A stretch of DNA of 64,000 nt from Chrysemys picta bellii (GCF_011386835.1 NC_088801.1:24614001-24678000), one strand, 5' to 3'; counted from the stretch's first letter, positions 10,691-23,435 are shown. Numbers and translations: made by a program. The notes: a model not told the origin generated them from the letters alone.

Positions 10691-12387
10691 TAAAAGATTT
10701 CATTTAGCAGCTGTGAAACTAAAGCCTTTAAAATATGTTTCAGATGACTGACTTGGAGCCTTAACTTAGCATGACACATCTTACAAGTAATGCATTTGCA
10801 TCTCTACTATTAACTTGTTATAATTCTTTTTGATTAATATGACATTCCTAGTTGCCATAACCTGTGCACGGTGCACTACCAAGCTGCAAGCACTCACAAC
10901 AACTAAGTAAATACCTTCCACTCAGGTAAGTGACAAAGGCTGGAGTTGAACTGAGTACTTGGGAAGCTGAGTGGGAATAGGTCTTGGAGGGAATCCCAAC
11001 AATGGTACTCTATAATCTCCCTCCAATTTCAATCCAAAGGAAATGCCAGCTTTCACAAGTCTCAGGACACAGCAGGGTCCCCTTATATTGCTTGAAATTT
11101 AAGCAAGAAATTATGGCACATTAGCGTCAGAAAAGTATTTAGGATTTATTAGAGATGTGCACAGACCTTTAGGAAACAACCCATGTTTTCCACCATCCTC
11201 AAGGCAGAGAAAAACAAGCCTATGATGGCAAGAGAGAGAGGATACAAACGGCATAAAAAAGGGAATGTGAAGCAAAGTGCTTGTGAGCCCTGCAGGGACT
11301 CAGTTTACAAACCACCAGGCCAATTGCTACATCGAGGGAAGAAAAGTAATCTAGTTCCAGACCAGAGAATTTGAAAACTGCAACTGTATACTGTACAGTT
11401 CTCAAAGCACTATAAACTGCATCTGCCAACCTCAGAAGACAGAGCATTCAGCATAAGGGAACTCCATATTCTGATAACGTCCAGTGGAATATTTTTCTCA
11501 TGCCCTCTTCTTGCCAAGGGCTGTGCCCCCTACTCTGTTTCATCTTCCGTGCTTGCTACCTCTCACCCATTACATATCAGAAAATCAAGACAGAAGAAAA
11601 ACATCCTTCAGTAGCTAGATAGAATTTATTTTCTCTAAAATCCTGGATCAAATGATGTAGCCTGCCCTTCAGAAAGGAGAGTAAACCTGGAAATGTTGGG
11701 CAACCATTGTCTCCAGATTCTATGTTCTGAAAGCAGGTTCCCTGTGTACTCCTGTATACAGTAGTATGCTAAGAGAGAAATACCTGACTGTCTCTACCGG
11801 AGAGGAGTTAGATTAATTTTTACTTGGTGAGCACTTGCAGCTATGGAAGAACTTATTTTGTGATGGGCACCCTTGCTCCAGTGACTGACAAGTCTAGTTT
11901 TCTCTGTATACTTGCCAGCCCCAGTCTATCTGTTCCCAAGAAACAGTCTGTCTGAAACCCAAGATTTGATAAAATAAATTGGGGGGGATTAGGAGAATTG
12001 TTCCTTTGCTGTGAAAACCTGTTCTAGTTCTATCCCTAAGACCCAATGCCTTGGGATCCAAAATTGATGCTATAAGGAAGTCTATGCAGATTCCATGAGA
12101 TGATTTGTGTCTGCAGAAAGAATGCACATTTTCTGGAGTGATAGTTTTTGCAGAAATTTTCTTAGCCATGCTGTTTCACCTTTTCTACTTCACTTTGTTT
12201 TAATATGTATTAATACATAATTTTTATCTATGGCACATTAATATTTGCTCATTTTTAAATTATTTTAACTTATCCTGGACATCATAATCTTGAGATTGCT
12301 TTTGCTCATCCATCTATATGATTAAGGTCCTCCCTAATTTTTGTTTTCTGATAAGCATATCTCCAATATCACCACTCCTACATCCCA

Positions 12388-12784
12388 GGCCAGATCTTCA
12401 GCTGCACCCAAGGAGTGCTCAGGACTGCAACAGGACAGAGGGCACACAAAATTGGCTTAAAGTCACCTATGCACCACCCTGACCCTGCGGCCATGTGACA
12501 GTGGGCCAGCATCCCACCACAAATTAGAGCAGACTAAAGCCTACTCTAACTTTTACCAGCTACCTACTGGGACGGTTAAAACAGCTAGGATTCCCTGTTC
12601 CCAACCCACCCCTGGCATCCGCTTCAGAGAGGGAGGGGCAGAGAAGATGCTATAGTGTGTTTACACCATCCTAGGTATCCCCTTCACTCAGAGAATCCTC
12701 CAGTGGTTGGCTGCACTGGCATTCAGGCAGCTTTACAGTGGCAGTATAGCACAAAGCCCTTCTAATGCAGATCAGGATTTGCCC
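12388..12784. mobile_element. About 400-bp non-autonomous element with GGCCAGATC...GATTTGCCC ends; related copies near 8090-8470, 40640-40920, 61140-61400
   Basis: Termini resemble the short palindromic family. Shared blocks such as aattagagcag (12522 and 61355 regions). Class unknown. Confidence 0.4.
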
Positions 12785-14160
12785 ACGGAGTCCACATGAT
12801 CCCCTTATGAAAGAGGTAATTCTTCCCTCAAGACCTTTGTCAGTACCAGCCAATGAATCAGCCAACATGGGTACACAGCAAACTAGTTTCCACAACAAAC
12901 TTTCTCCCACTGACCTTGGAACTAGATGTGCTGAAGTCATTACCAGCTCTGAACTTCATCACAGCCATCTGCTGTTGCTCTGTCCCTGACACAGAGCCAG
13001 CTAGGTGCTCCAAGCATTTAAGCTGTGATACACTATTTTAATGCTGACTATTATTACAAAATGGGCTAATCAAGTTGTCCGGTATGATCATTTTTGTCTT
13101 GTCAAAAAGAATGCCTCACTTGGCTATTATAATCTAGAAATATTCATGGTACAGAACTTACAACCAAAATGTGTCAATTTAGCATAAAGTTTTTAGATAT
13201 TTAATTGTATATCTTAATAAAAAATTATACATTCATAGACTAACTGAGACAGATTATGATTACCTGTCTTTGAGGGAACGGACTGCTGTAGAAAATTATT
13301 TGGAGTGCTCTACTATTGTACCTGTCATACACTTTTAATTAAAAATGTATTGATGCATGACTAAATTGCACACAGTGAAAAACAGACCCATTTTCGTTCA
13401 ATTGCAATAATGTACACATAACCCAGTGAAGTAAGCCTATACAATTATAACAGGAAGACAGCCCCAGCAGAGTTATACTTTTTCAGGTCAACCTCATACC
13501 AGATGTATGTGCTGTGGAGCCAATCATCACAAATCAATGTGGACTCAATCAGCACAAACGAATTTACTAATCTACTCTAAATACCTGTAATGAAGTTGTT
13601 TCACTAATCTATTGTAAATTAAATATTAGGAGAAATGAATACAGAATAATGATTAACATTATTTTATGGAGTGTTTCATGTCAGAGCTTGCTAAGTAAGG
13701 CAATCCACACCCAATATTTTAATATACAGTACAGGCAACCAAAACTCATTTGCTACATTCTATTACAAGCAGAAACTATGAAATCCAAAGCACCATTTAC
13801 AATAAACTACCTTTGGAAGCTAAAATCCTGTCTATTAGTGACACACTAATTTAAACTGACCCATGTTGATTCCATAGAAACAAAACAGGAAAGAAATATG
13901 TAATACAAACGTCCTAAAGGAAAAGTTAGTATTTAGGGGGAAAATAGTTTTATCATCAGATTTTAAAGAGTTAATTCCTGTCTTGTATAGTGTCAAAATC
14001 TGTCATGAAATATGAAATTTGAACTAATCTTTAGCATATGTAACCACATTTAAATCATTAAAAATATTTATCAAAAATTGTTTAGCTGCCTCTAGGGTTG
14101 TGGAGCTGTTTGAGAAAGGGATATACAATGTTTAGCAAGGAAACATTAGTCATAAAGAAA

Positions 14161-14375
14161 AAAGGTAGTCCAGCAGTTAGAATACCAACTTGGGAGACCT
14201 GAGTTCATTTCCCTGTTACTCCAAAGACTTCCTATAGTCTCTCCTGTGCCTCAGTTTCCCATACCTGATATGGAGATAATAGCACTTTTCTAACTCTCAT
14301 GAGTTTTGAGGGGATAAACACATAAAAAAAATTGAGATGCTCAGACACCATGGTAAAGGGGCCATAAAATACTTC
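14161..14375 (+). mobile_element. MIR-like CORE-SINE
   Basis: ggtagtccagcagttag head, ctgtgcctcagtttcccat core, ctcagacaccatggtaaaggggccata tail. Confidence 0.75.
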
Positions 14376-14511
14376 AGATACATTTACGGACATGAATACT
14401 GTCCATAACTAGAGAGGTTAGTCTCTGATTCCTATGAACATTTAAGGCATTCCATACTTAGGCCCCATCTCATTGACTTCAACTATAATAATTGGGGCAA
14501 CATAAGTACCT

Positions 14512-14666
14512 AAAAAGCAACAGAGGGTCCTGTGGCATCTTTAAGACTAACAGAAGTATTGGAGCATAAGCTTTCATGGGTGCACCAATACTTCTGTTAG
14601 TCTTAAAGGTGCCACAGGACCCTCTGTTGCTTTTTACAGATTCAGACTAACACAGCTACCCCTCTG
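14512..14666. mobile_element. Penelope-like foldback remnant, copy 1
   Basis: 51-bp inverted repeat (14512-14562 / 14585-14635, one mismatch), terminal cagactaacacagctacccctctga. Flanking direct repeat ATAAGTACCTAA at 14502-14513 and 14667-14678. Confidence 0.75.
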
Positions 14667-17092
14667 ATAAGTACCTAAGAATACTCTGTCTTCACTCTGA
14701 GGATCAGACATTTAATATGATTGTTCGTTTCCTTCCCATCACTTAACCAGCTTTTAAACAATAACCTAGTTTTCATCACATGCTGTATTCATTACCATGG
14801 AGGCCATTTTGATGGCAGAAACATGGAATTGTACCATTCCTAAATTAACTGAAGAGGAAGATCAGGCAGATTACACTGGGAAAAGGTACTTACACAAAAA
14901 TGCCATTTACAACCATGTTAACAAATTACCTTAAAAGCCTGTTAAAGTAGCAGTCTATACCATAATCCCAACTAGCATGGCTACAACCATGTTTTAAAAT
15001 GGATATCAAATGCAATTCTACTTAATAGTTTGTGTTTCAATGCAGCCAAAAACTAAGTACTGTAACACGAGGTGATGGTACTTAAAAGACCTCTGTAATA
15101 CTGATGAAAGATGGGATGAGTTAGGGATTGAATTTTAGCTGTAACTCTCTACATTTCCCAACCTTTTACAGGTTCAATCAGATCCTTAATCCTCATTTGA
15201 ACATAGTTTTCTGTTTGTTAATTTGCTGTTCATCTGAGCTCCAGAACTAGCATAGTAATAAATTCTGATCTCATTCAGTGTTCCTCATCAGGTGTAAATA
15301 AGGCCTTTCCAGTGTCATTGTCATTCTTATTTACTTTACTTTACTCTACAAAGTTAGCAATCATTATTTTGTTTAAAATGTTTTGGGTGCATTACATTTG
15401 GCTGTTTATGCCTGATAGGTAATACTTCCACTTGAATAGTAGAGACAGAGCAACAACTGTCAAATCCTTGAAATGAAAATGAATATTAAAAAGATTCTTG
15501 AAAGAACTATATTCAGTGTGTACTCCAAATATTCTATATTTTAAAATATATACATCCTTAATGTACTTTAGAAATACTGGTATGTGCAATGGAAATGCAG
15601 ATAATCTAAAAAATAAATGACTAGATTTTTATTTCATTATAAACTAAGTACATAAGCCAAAAAGCCATTAAAGTACATTATATCTTAGTTCAAAATTTTA
15701 AGGTCACAGAACTATTTCTTTGAGCATGTCACTTATAATAACTCATTATTTTCTAGAGCTTTCAATAGAAATGACTGCATAGTGCTATCTACAAACAAAT
15801 CTAGCAAATATATGTGGGTCATTCTATAAGACAAATGTGACCTAAAAAGTGACTAACTGATGTCATGTTATTTTCCTAAATATACCCTGTTGTAAAAATA
15901 AATAAAATAAAATAAAATAATCTCCAGAACACACAAAACAGGATTTCAGCTTTAGAAACCTAAATATATCTAGCTTTCCTAAAGAAGACAGTGACAAAGT
16001 GCTAATACTAGTGTATGTTACTTATTGAAATGTACAAACTGTCCAAGATGTAAAACTTAATTGTAGAGATTGGTGGTGGGATTTTAACTTGTGCTCCTAA
16101 CTCAGGTACTCTTGAAGATCCCGTCTGAGGTTTTACCTTTCCTAGCCTTCTCGCCCTTATCTTCAACACAGCTGATCCATGAGCCATGTCTCTTTAATTA
16201 TGAATCTTGTGCTTAGGAATATTCAGAAACAGCTGAAGATTAGCATAAACAATTAAAAATTATGTGTGATTTGAGGACTAGTACTGGTATGGGACCCAAG
16301 GTTATGGTTCTCTTTAGACCTTAGTAATTTACTCCAAAGTCATAGACCCTGGACACCATCCATAGCATTATTTTTCACCAGTTTTTTAAGCTGGCCTTAA
16401 GTAACTGGGACTAAAACAGATTCAGGGTGATATGGAAAGTAGCTAGAAAGGATAACTAAGAAAATATCCTCTCGCTAGTTTCAGCTTGGATTTTAACTAA
16501 ATAAATTCAATCACTTCTTATGATGATGGGGGGAGTAGGAAAGGGGGAAGAAACACAACGACAAAGCAAAGTGCAGCTCTGTTAAATCCATATAGACATG
16601 TCTCCTCAAATCCCTTTGCTAATGTATTTCTAATTTAGATAGACTAACTCATCCCGTAACGAGAGTTCCTGTGAAAGCGTGGTGCATTTTTAGTGTTCTT
16701 CGTATGTATTAAATATTCCTATACTTTTCTTAAGGGCTTTAGCAGCCAAAAATATATGCAGCCTTCTGAGGTGTGCAAGCTTGCCTGTCTGTGTAATGGT
16801 CCAGTCTATTTAGGAGAAATGTCTCTCTCTTGGACAATGCCACAGAACAAACCAATTTTACCACTGGGGAGTTACAGATCTACTTAGGGTGTCTCCATGC
16901 TTCCTGACAGCCTTTGCCCTTTCAGCCCGTGGAAGTTACACCAAATCTAGTGCAGAAATCCTTTTCTTTCAGAGCCTCAGTTGGACCCCAATATATGCGT
17001 ATAGCAAGAAAAATATAAGCTCATGCTGGAGAATGCCTCAGTAGTTGGAGAAGAGAGTTTGGTGTTCCTACGCCATTCACTGGAACTGGAGA

Positions 17093-17569
17093 TAGGGACC
17101 ATATTTTCCCAAAGGGAAAACAGGACACCCACCCCCCAGCCCTCCCTGACTCCAGCCCATGCAGGGCCAGCCTGAGGCTCTCCTTTCTACTCCACGCATG
17201 GGGCCCGCACAAGCCCCCACCTGCTGCCTGCCTACGGTCGGCCCAAGGCCCCTTCTCCCTCAAACACACAGGACTGGCCCAATACCCCCTGCTGCCCACC
17301 CGCACAGGGCTGGCCTGCCCCAAGCCACTTTCCCAAGTCCTCCTTTCCTCTCAGGCCTGGCATTTCCTCTGTGCCCTGCTGGAGGTCGCACCCCACTTTT
17401 TGGGGGCAAATCTGGGCATTTGTCCCGTTTGCTCTTGCGAACAGGACAAATGCCCATTTTGCAAGAGCAAATGGGACAAATACCCAGTTTTGCCAAAAAA
17501 GTCGGGACGGCCTGGACAGGGCTTAAAAATGGGACTATTAAGTCCAAAATGGGATGTATGATCACCCTG
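17093..17569. mobile_element. GC-rich MITE of the TAGGGTGACCA-TIR family (hAT-like)
   Basis: Degenerate TIRs tagggaccatatttt / aaaatgggatgtatgatcaccctg. Internal inverted repeat 17414-17438 / 17461-17485. Same terminal motif as 33183-33306. Confidence 0.65.
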
Positions 17570-17839
17570 CAAGAATCCCAGAAAAAACTCCCATGATTCT
17601 CCTGAAACCCATGATTAAAAAAAAAGACTAAGTTAAGTATTTTGAAATCTATCATTTCACAGCTTTCGCTACACACCTGCCAGACAATTACAGGTTGAAG
17701 GTTCAACCTTAGATACAAATGTAATGAGCACAGAAATATACAGGCCCATGCTCACTTGTGCAGACTCACTCCCTACTCCTCCAGCCAAGATCCATCATTG
17801 ACTCCTCACTGATGACTTCTTGAGCATTGCTGACCACAA

Positions 17840-18200
17840 GCAGTGAAAAATCATGTGTCAGATCTCATGACATACAACAAATCACAAGGTAGGCTTAAAA
17901 ACCATGAGATTTCTTTTAAATTTCAATAAATGTCGGGCTCTTTCCCTTTGCCTCCCGGTTTCTGAGCCACTCAGGTATGCTTGGGTCATATTTTCAAGCT
18001 CTGTTCTGCAAACTTGAAGGATAGAAAATTACTTTATTTTTAAATGAAGGCTGAGATCCTCACATAATCACGTGACTCCAGGAGCTGGGAGGGAACCGGA
18101 TCACAGACATTTACCAGCTTGATGATGCTCATAGGAGTAATGCACTGTTGTCAACATTTGTGATATTATCATGATAAAATTGTGAGGTCTAACAATAACA
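17840..18200. mobile_element. Old non-autonomous DNA-transposon-like repeat
   Basis: Blocks ccatgagatt, cacataatcacgtgactccaggagctgg and atcatgataaaattgtgag recalled from an abundant turtle repeat. Termini degraded. Confidence 0.35.
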
Positions 18201-18470
18201 GGGTTCAAAAAAGAACTAGGTAAGTTCATGAGGATAGGCCCATTAATGGCTATTAGCCAGGATGGGCAGGAATGAAAAAAACATGCTCTGATGTGTCCCT
18301 GGCCCCTGTCTACCAGATGCTGGGAAGGGGCAATAGGGGATGGAACACTTGATGATTACCTGTTCTGTTCATTTCCTCTGAGGCACCCGGCATTGGCCAC
18401 TGTTGGCAGATAGGATACTGGGCTAGGACTACCTTTGGTCTGACCCAGTATGGTCATTCTTATGTTCTTA
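18201..18470 (+). mobile_element. CR1 LINE 3' end (PsCR1-like subfamily)
   Basis: gggttcaaaaaagaactaggtaagttcatgaggataggcccattaatggctattagccagg...tggtctgacccagtatggtcattcttatgttctta, ending in the CR1-type TTCTTATG terminal repeat. Confidence 0.85.
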
Positions 18471-18694
18471 ATACAGCCATCCTCCACTCCCCACCCTACA
18501 CAAACATACTCCAAGGCACATTGTAGAAGCCTCACACTCCCCAAGCCAACGACTTCCCAACTTCAGCCTGCAGAGAGGAGACTACCTCTGGATTCCTATT
18601 CCCTTAAACCTGCCTCACTGCACCGTGATGGGGGAAAGGCTGCTCCTGTCCAGCTAGAGGAGGGGCAGCAGTACTGTGCTATATCTATTCCAGG

Positions 18695-18944
18695 CAGGGC
18701 TGGCTCCAGCATTTCTGCCGCCCCAAGCCAAAAAAAAAAAAAGCCGCAATCGCAATCGTGACCAGCAGCGGCAATTGGAGGGAAAAAAAAAAAAGCCGCA
18801 ATTGGCGGCGGCAGTTCGGCGGCAGGTCCTTCGCTCCTAGAGGGAGTGAGGGACCTGCCGCCCCTGAATTGCCGCAGGTGCCGCCCCTCTCCCTTGGCCG
18901 CCCCATGCACCTGCTTGTTAAGCTGCTGCCTGGAGCCAGCCCTG
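18695..18944. mobile_element. hAT-type MITE (250 bp)
   Basis: Perfect 15-bp TIRs CAGGGCTGGCTCCAG / CTGGAGCCAGCCCTG. 8-bp TSD ATTCCAGG / ATTCCCGG (7/8). CpG-rich. Confidence 0.9.
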
Positions 18945-19896
18945 ATTCCCGGGATCTGCCTCTTCAGAGCACACAGAGGTCCTCACAGTGCTGCAGGTAG
19001 CTAGTATGGCTGGCTGTGACAGAGCTGCCTCTGGCGGCCAAAAGGGGGAACTGCATGCAGTTCAACTGTCTGGCCTGTGTTTTATTAGAAGAGCCCATAT
19101 AAATTGGCCTAAAATCCCAACACTCAGGATAATACCACAAGTGTTGACAACTGTGTATTACTCCTATGAGTACCATTAAGCTGGTAAACATCTATAACCC
19201 TAGCCCCTCCCATCAGATTAAGGTGCACAGCCCCAAATTGTGTATTATAATTGACTCTGTTGAGAGCCCTTTTAAGGGAGGATTATTCTACTTTCATTAA
19301 TCTGCTACCCAATCTTGTCTACCTCAAGATGAATGTTGACTAGCTGATCTGTTTATTAAATCTACTTCTCTATTACAGGATAAAGCCAAATTTTGCTAAC
19401 ACACTGTGTAGCTATAACAATATATGGGGACATTAGTTTCTAGCAACTATGCTCCTACAACATATTCTCCCAACAGCCTCTGGCTGAGGCCCTCAGTCCT
19501 CTTCTATAAAAGCAGGAGTTACCAAAAACCTTCACTGCCTCCTACAGCTTCATAACGTTGCCTGAACTTCACAGCAATCATTTGCACTTCTCTCATGCCC
19601 TCTTAAATTTGGACACCCTCAAAACTGACTGGATTGGAGGCCAGGTGTGATCTGATTTGATAACATTTGTTTTGGTGGCAAATCTCTTCATTTAATTTGA
19701 GGCCAGATTTTAGCAGATGTCAGGTTTGATTTGTTTTGACTGCCATACTGATTGACTTTTTCCTGTCAGCCTACTGAATATCTTCTTTAGCTGCCCATTA
19801 CCACATGGTAACCTCAGTTATCCTCTGCTTTATCTCTTCCCCTCCTACATATCAACATCTTCTTTTTCCTTATTTCAATAATGTTTGAAGTGTAAT

Positions 19897-20266
19897 GGTC
19901 ATAAAAAGTGCTCAGACCCAGAGAGTGAAGTCTATTCTCCCTCTCTCCACAGAATAGGTACAGCATAGGTCTCAGCTGTGCTGTGTAGCTCATAATGCCC
20001 AGTCAAGGTGTCTCAACACTGATTGGGGTGGACTAACCTTAGAAGTAAAAGTTTTAGTTCACTGTAAATGTTCATTCATTCTCTAATCCACGTCGAGAAT
20101 GCTAGCAACAGTGTCAATTGTTCTAGTTCTTGTTATGGAACAGATACTTACCTCTAGGAACTAGTCTGAAAGCAATGAGTGTCAAGTAGGTCCTCAAAAA
20201 GCCATCAGATGGTTACAACTCCAAGTTACTATTGATCTGGTCTGGATTGGAATTTGCACACCTCCC
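19897..20266 (-). mobile_element. LF-SINE relic
   Basis: Reverse complement has ccatctgatggct, cagactagttcctag, acaattgacact, cagtgttgagacac and tgctgtacctattctgtgga in LF-SINE order. Homologous to 5844-6330. Confidence 0.7.
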
Positions 20267-20778
20267 TGTCCAATACAGAGCACACCTGGAATATATTTGC
20301 CTTTTAAAATTCAAGTACCTGATATCAGCTGAGAATAATGAGACATTCCAGGTCATGGATCAACTGTTGTAATTTGTGGCCAGGATCAGGGAGTGAATAT
20401 CGTATATTTTATAAGCAATACCACTATGTTTTTACATTCAAGCTAGCATGTTACCATTTAGGTGCTTCATTGTTCCTCTGCAAAATGCAATGGATGACAT
20501 GATGCAACTTAATGATGGAATGATAGTTCCTTGTCAGAAAATTTATAGTGGAAAAATCTGAACTGGGCATTTAAAATTTAAGTTAAGCCAGTTCTCTTTG
20601 CTGAAATAAAGAGGAAAACTGTTGCAAATCAAATGATCTTGAAAGAGGTTTTTAGACCACTGTTTACAAAACAAATACAAATAAGAACAGCAGGATGTCA
20701 GCCCTTCTGAGGGAAAACAATTTCTAACAAAACAGCGAGGAGTCCGGTGGTACCTTAAAGACTAACAGATTTATTTGG

Positions 20779-20819
20779 GCATAAGCTTTCGTGGGTAACA
20801 AGCCCACTTCTTCAGATGC
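20779..20819 (-). ncRNA. Minimal type I hammerhead ribozyme motif
   Basis: Minus-strand RNA GCAU-CUGAAGA-A-GUGGG-CUUGUUA-CCCAC-GAAA-GC-UU-AUGC: helix I GCAU/AUGC, CUGANGA and GAAA core, helix II GUGGG/CCCAC, loopless palindromic helix III (AGCU). Activity not demonstrated. Confidence 0.7.
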
Positions 20820-20834
20820 ATCTATTTGAAGAAA

Positions 20835-20875
20835 GCGTCTGAAGAAGTGGGTTTTTTGCCCATGAAATCTTATGC
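20835..20875 (+). ncRNA. Second, mutated hammerhead motif
   Basis: GCGU-CUGAAGA-A-GUGGG-UUUUUUG-CCCAU-GAAA-UC-UU-AUGC. A G>U change after GAAA breaks the helix III palindrome. Confidence 0.55.
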
Positions 20876-21494
20876 CCAAATAAATCTGTTAGTCTTTAAG
20901 GTGCCATCGGACTCCTTGTTGTTTTTGTGGATAGAGACTAACACAGCTACTCCTCTGATACTATAACAAAACAATTACTTTGTAGAGAGCATGTATTACA
21001 ACATGTTCCTAGAGTTTTTAAATATACACTAGTATCTAGGTATATAGAATATTTTGTGACTGTTATTATATGATAAAAGATACAAGAAAAATAAGTTTTG
21101 TGGTGTGTGTTAAATCCTGAAGTAATAACAATACAGTTGTGTTATGCAATGAGAGAGCAAGTCTCCTCTCATATACACTGTGCAGATTCTCTAACATATT
21201 TCCTATGATACAAATCAATGTATGGTTAAGTGTTTGTGAATATAAGGCAGACATAACTGTAGAAAGCGGCCTGTTATTGTTGTGGGCTCTAGTGGTTAGA
21301 TCTTTCAAATGGACCTGCCCCAGTGCATCCATAAGCCTGCAAAGATCCTGTTGCAGGATCTAGGGTTAATAATTCAAAAGGATTTTTTAAAATACATCAG
21401 GAAGAAATAAATTTCTAACAACGTATAATTCTGATACTAGATAGAGTAAAATTACAAATCATGATGCAGAAAAGGCTAAACAGGATGACCCAGG

Positions 21495-22788
21495 TAGCCC
21501 ATATTAAATGGATTAAAAACTGGATAACTGATAGATCACAAAAAGTAATTGTCAATGGGGAATCATCCAATGGGAGTGTTTCTAGAGAAGCTTCTCAGGG
21601 AATCCGTTCTTGACTCAATGCTATTCAGTATCTTTGTCAATTACCTGGAAGGAAATATAAAATAAATGCTGATAAAATTTACAGATGACACAAAAATTGG
21701 TGGAGTGGTAAATAATTGAGACAGGTCTGCTATACACAAAAAATGGATTATTTGTCAAGGTGGATTTATATGAATAAATATTTTACTACAGCCAAATAAA
21801 AGACCATGCAGCTAGAAACAAGAAAGTAGGTCACCTTTAAGGATGGAAGACTACTTTGGAAAGCATTGACTGAAAGGGATTTAAGAGTCATGGTGGATAA
21901 CCAGCTGAGAATGAATTCCCAGTGTGATATGGTAGCAAATGAGCTAATGCAATCCTTGGATGTATAAACAGGGAAATATTAAAAGTAAGGAGATGGTATT
22001 ACTGCTGTATATGGGATTAGTGATACCTTTACTGGAATACTGATTCCAGTTCTGGTGTCTGCACTTTAAAAAAGATGCAGAAAAATTGGAAAAGGTTCAG
22101 AAAAGAACTATATGAATGATTGACGTCTGGAAAATCTGCTTTACAGTGAGAGACTAAAGAACCTCAGTCTATTTAGATTATCCAAGAGGAGGTTAAAAGG
22201 TGATTTGATCAGAGTCTACAAGTGCCTACCTAGGGAAGCAAGTATGTATATGATGGAGAGCATATGACTAAACCCCCGGCCTGCTTGGATATATAACTGA
22301 GCCTGTGATCAGAGAAAAGGAGGGCTGGAGGGGAAGACTCCAGGGAGAGCTGACCTAGGAGTCAGTGCTCCATAAAGAGCAGGGGACCAGTCAGGGGAAA
22401 GCCTTTGAGGACTGGAGCCTGTGTTGGTCAGGGGAATCATTTTGTTTTCATGCCACTTATGAGGGTTGTGTCTAGACAATAAATTATGCCATGAGGTAAG
22501 GGCCTGAGATGACATGGACATGGCACTTGTTCCCTTTTGGGCTGGAGAAACAGACAGCCTCTTACAGAGAATAATTAACCTCTGGAATAATTTACCTAGA
22601 GATTTGCTGAATTTTCTGTCACCTGAAGTCTGTAAATCAAGACTAGATGTGTTTTTTTTAAAATATGCTATAGCTGAAACAGAAGTTATGTGCTTGATAC
22701 AGAAATTATTGGGTGAGCTTCTATGGCCTATATTATGCAGGAGGTCAGATTACATGATCATGATGTCCTTAAAAAAACCTCTATGAAT
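21495..22788 (+). mobile_element. Old CR1 LINE 3' portion (degenerate RT and 3' UTR), interrupted at about 22245-22540
   Basis: Translations WIKNWITDRSQKVIVNGESS, MLIKFTDDTKIG at 21666-21701 (RT YADD-type motif) and RIINLWNNLPRD. Many stops and frameshifts. 3' UTR matches the reverse complement of 53751-53966. Confidence 0.9.
22245..22540 (+). mobile_element. LTR-like insertion inside the old CR1
   Basis: Non-CR1 sequence with TATATAA near 22290 and AATAAA near 22478 replaces part of the CR1 thumb-coding region. Confidence 0.4.
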
Positions 22789-23435
22789 GTAGTCTTAGTG
22801 AACAAGTCACTCATAGCTAACAAGATTAATGCCTGTGACTTGACTGTCTTTGTTCAGGGGAGCAGTGATCTCTGCATCCATTAGAGATCCAGTTCTGCAC
22901 CATATTATGTATGGCACATTCCACTCAATACCAATTTAGGCAGAAAAAGGCAGCACTGAATGTTACTTGTAATGGAGACTAAGATTAAAATTGTTCCCTT
23001 GATCATTAGAATCTACATAGATTAACAGATTTAATTTCTGACTCAAGTCATGGGATTACAGTAAAATTATTATTACTAAATTCATATTTTATATTCCGTT
23101 GCAGTGCCATATACATTCATGGTGCTTCAGATAGTGTTGAGTTCTATTTGGTGCTGAGCACTCTCTCCCAAATCCAGCAAGGTATTTAACAATGTGACTA
23201 GTTCCACTAATTTATTTGGTGCTATTTACAGCATGTAAAGATATGCAGGTGCATTTTTCTTTGCATGATTACAGACTAATAAATCTCATTACAACTTTAA
23301 TTTCCTCCCGCAAGAACTGAGAATTATTTTGAAACAGAAAGACAAATGGACATTTAAAATTTTTTAAAGTCAACCTATATAGTGGTCTAATTATACTCAG
23401 AATGTTATTTTAAGACAACATTTTGAGTTTCATTA

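Larger units (their letters stand above)
20728..20963. mobile_element. Penelope-like foldback remnant, copy 2
   Basis: About 90-bp imperfect inverted repeat (about 20730-20819 / 20835-20926), terminal gactaacacagctactcctctgata. Direct repeat TAACAAAACA at 20725-20734 and 20964-20973. Confidence 0.8.

Noticed and set aside
10852-10925. Segment ending in a strong CAG|GTAAGT donor
   Set aside because: Weak acceptor and stops in all frames.
17021-17718. Overlapping 70-150 aa ORFs
   Set aside because: They lie in a GC-rich MITE where stops are rare. No protein motifs. The same applies to 18596-19000, 34769-35198 and 57484-57916.
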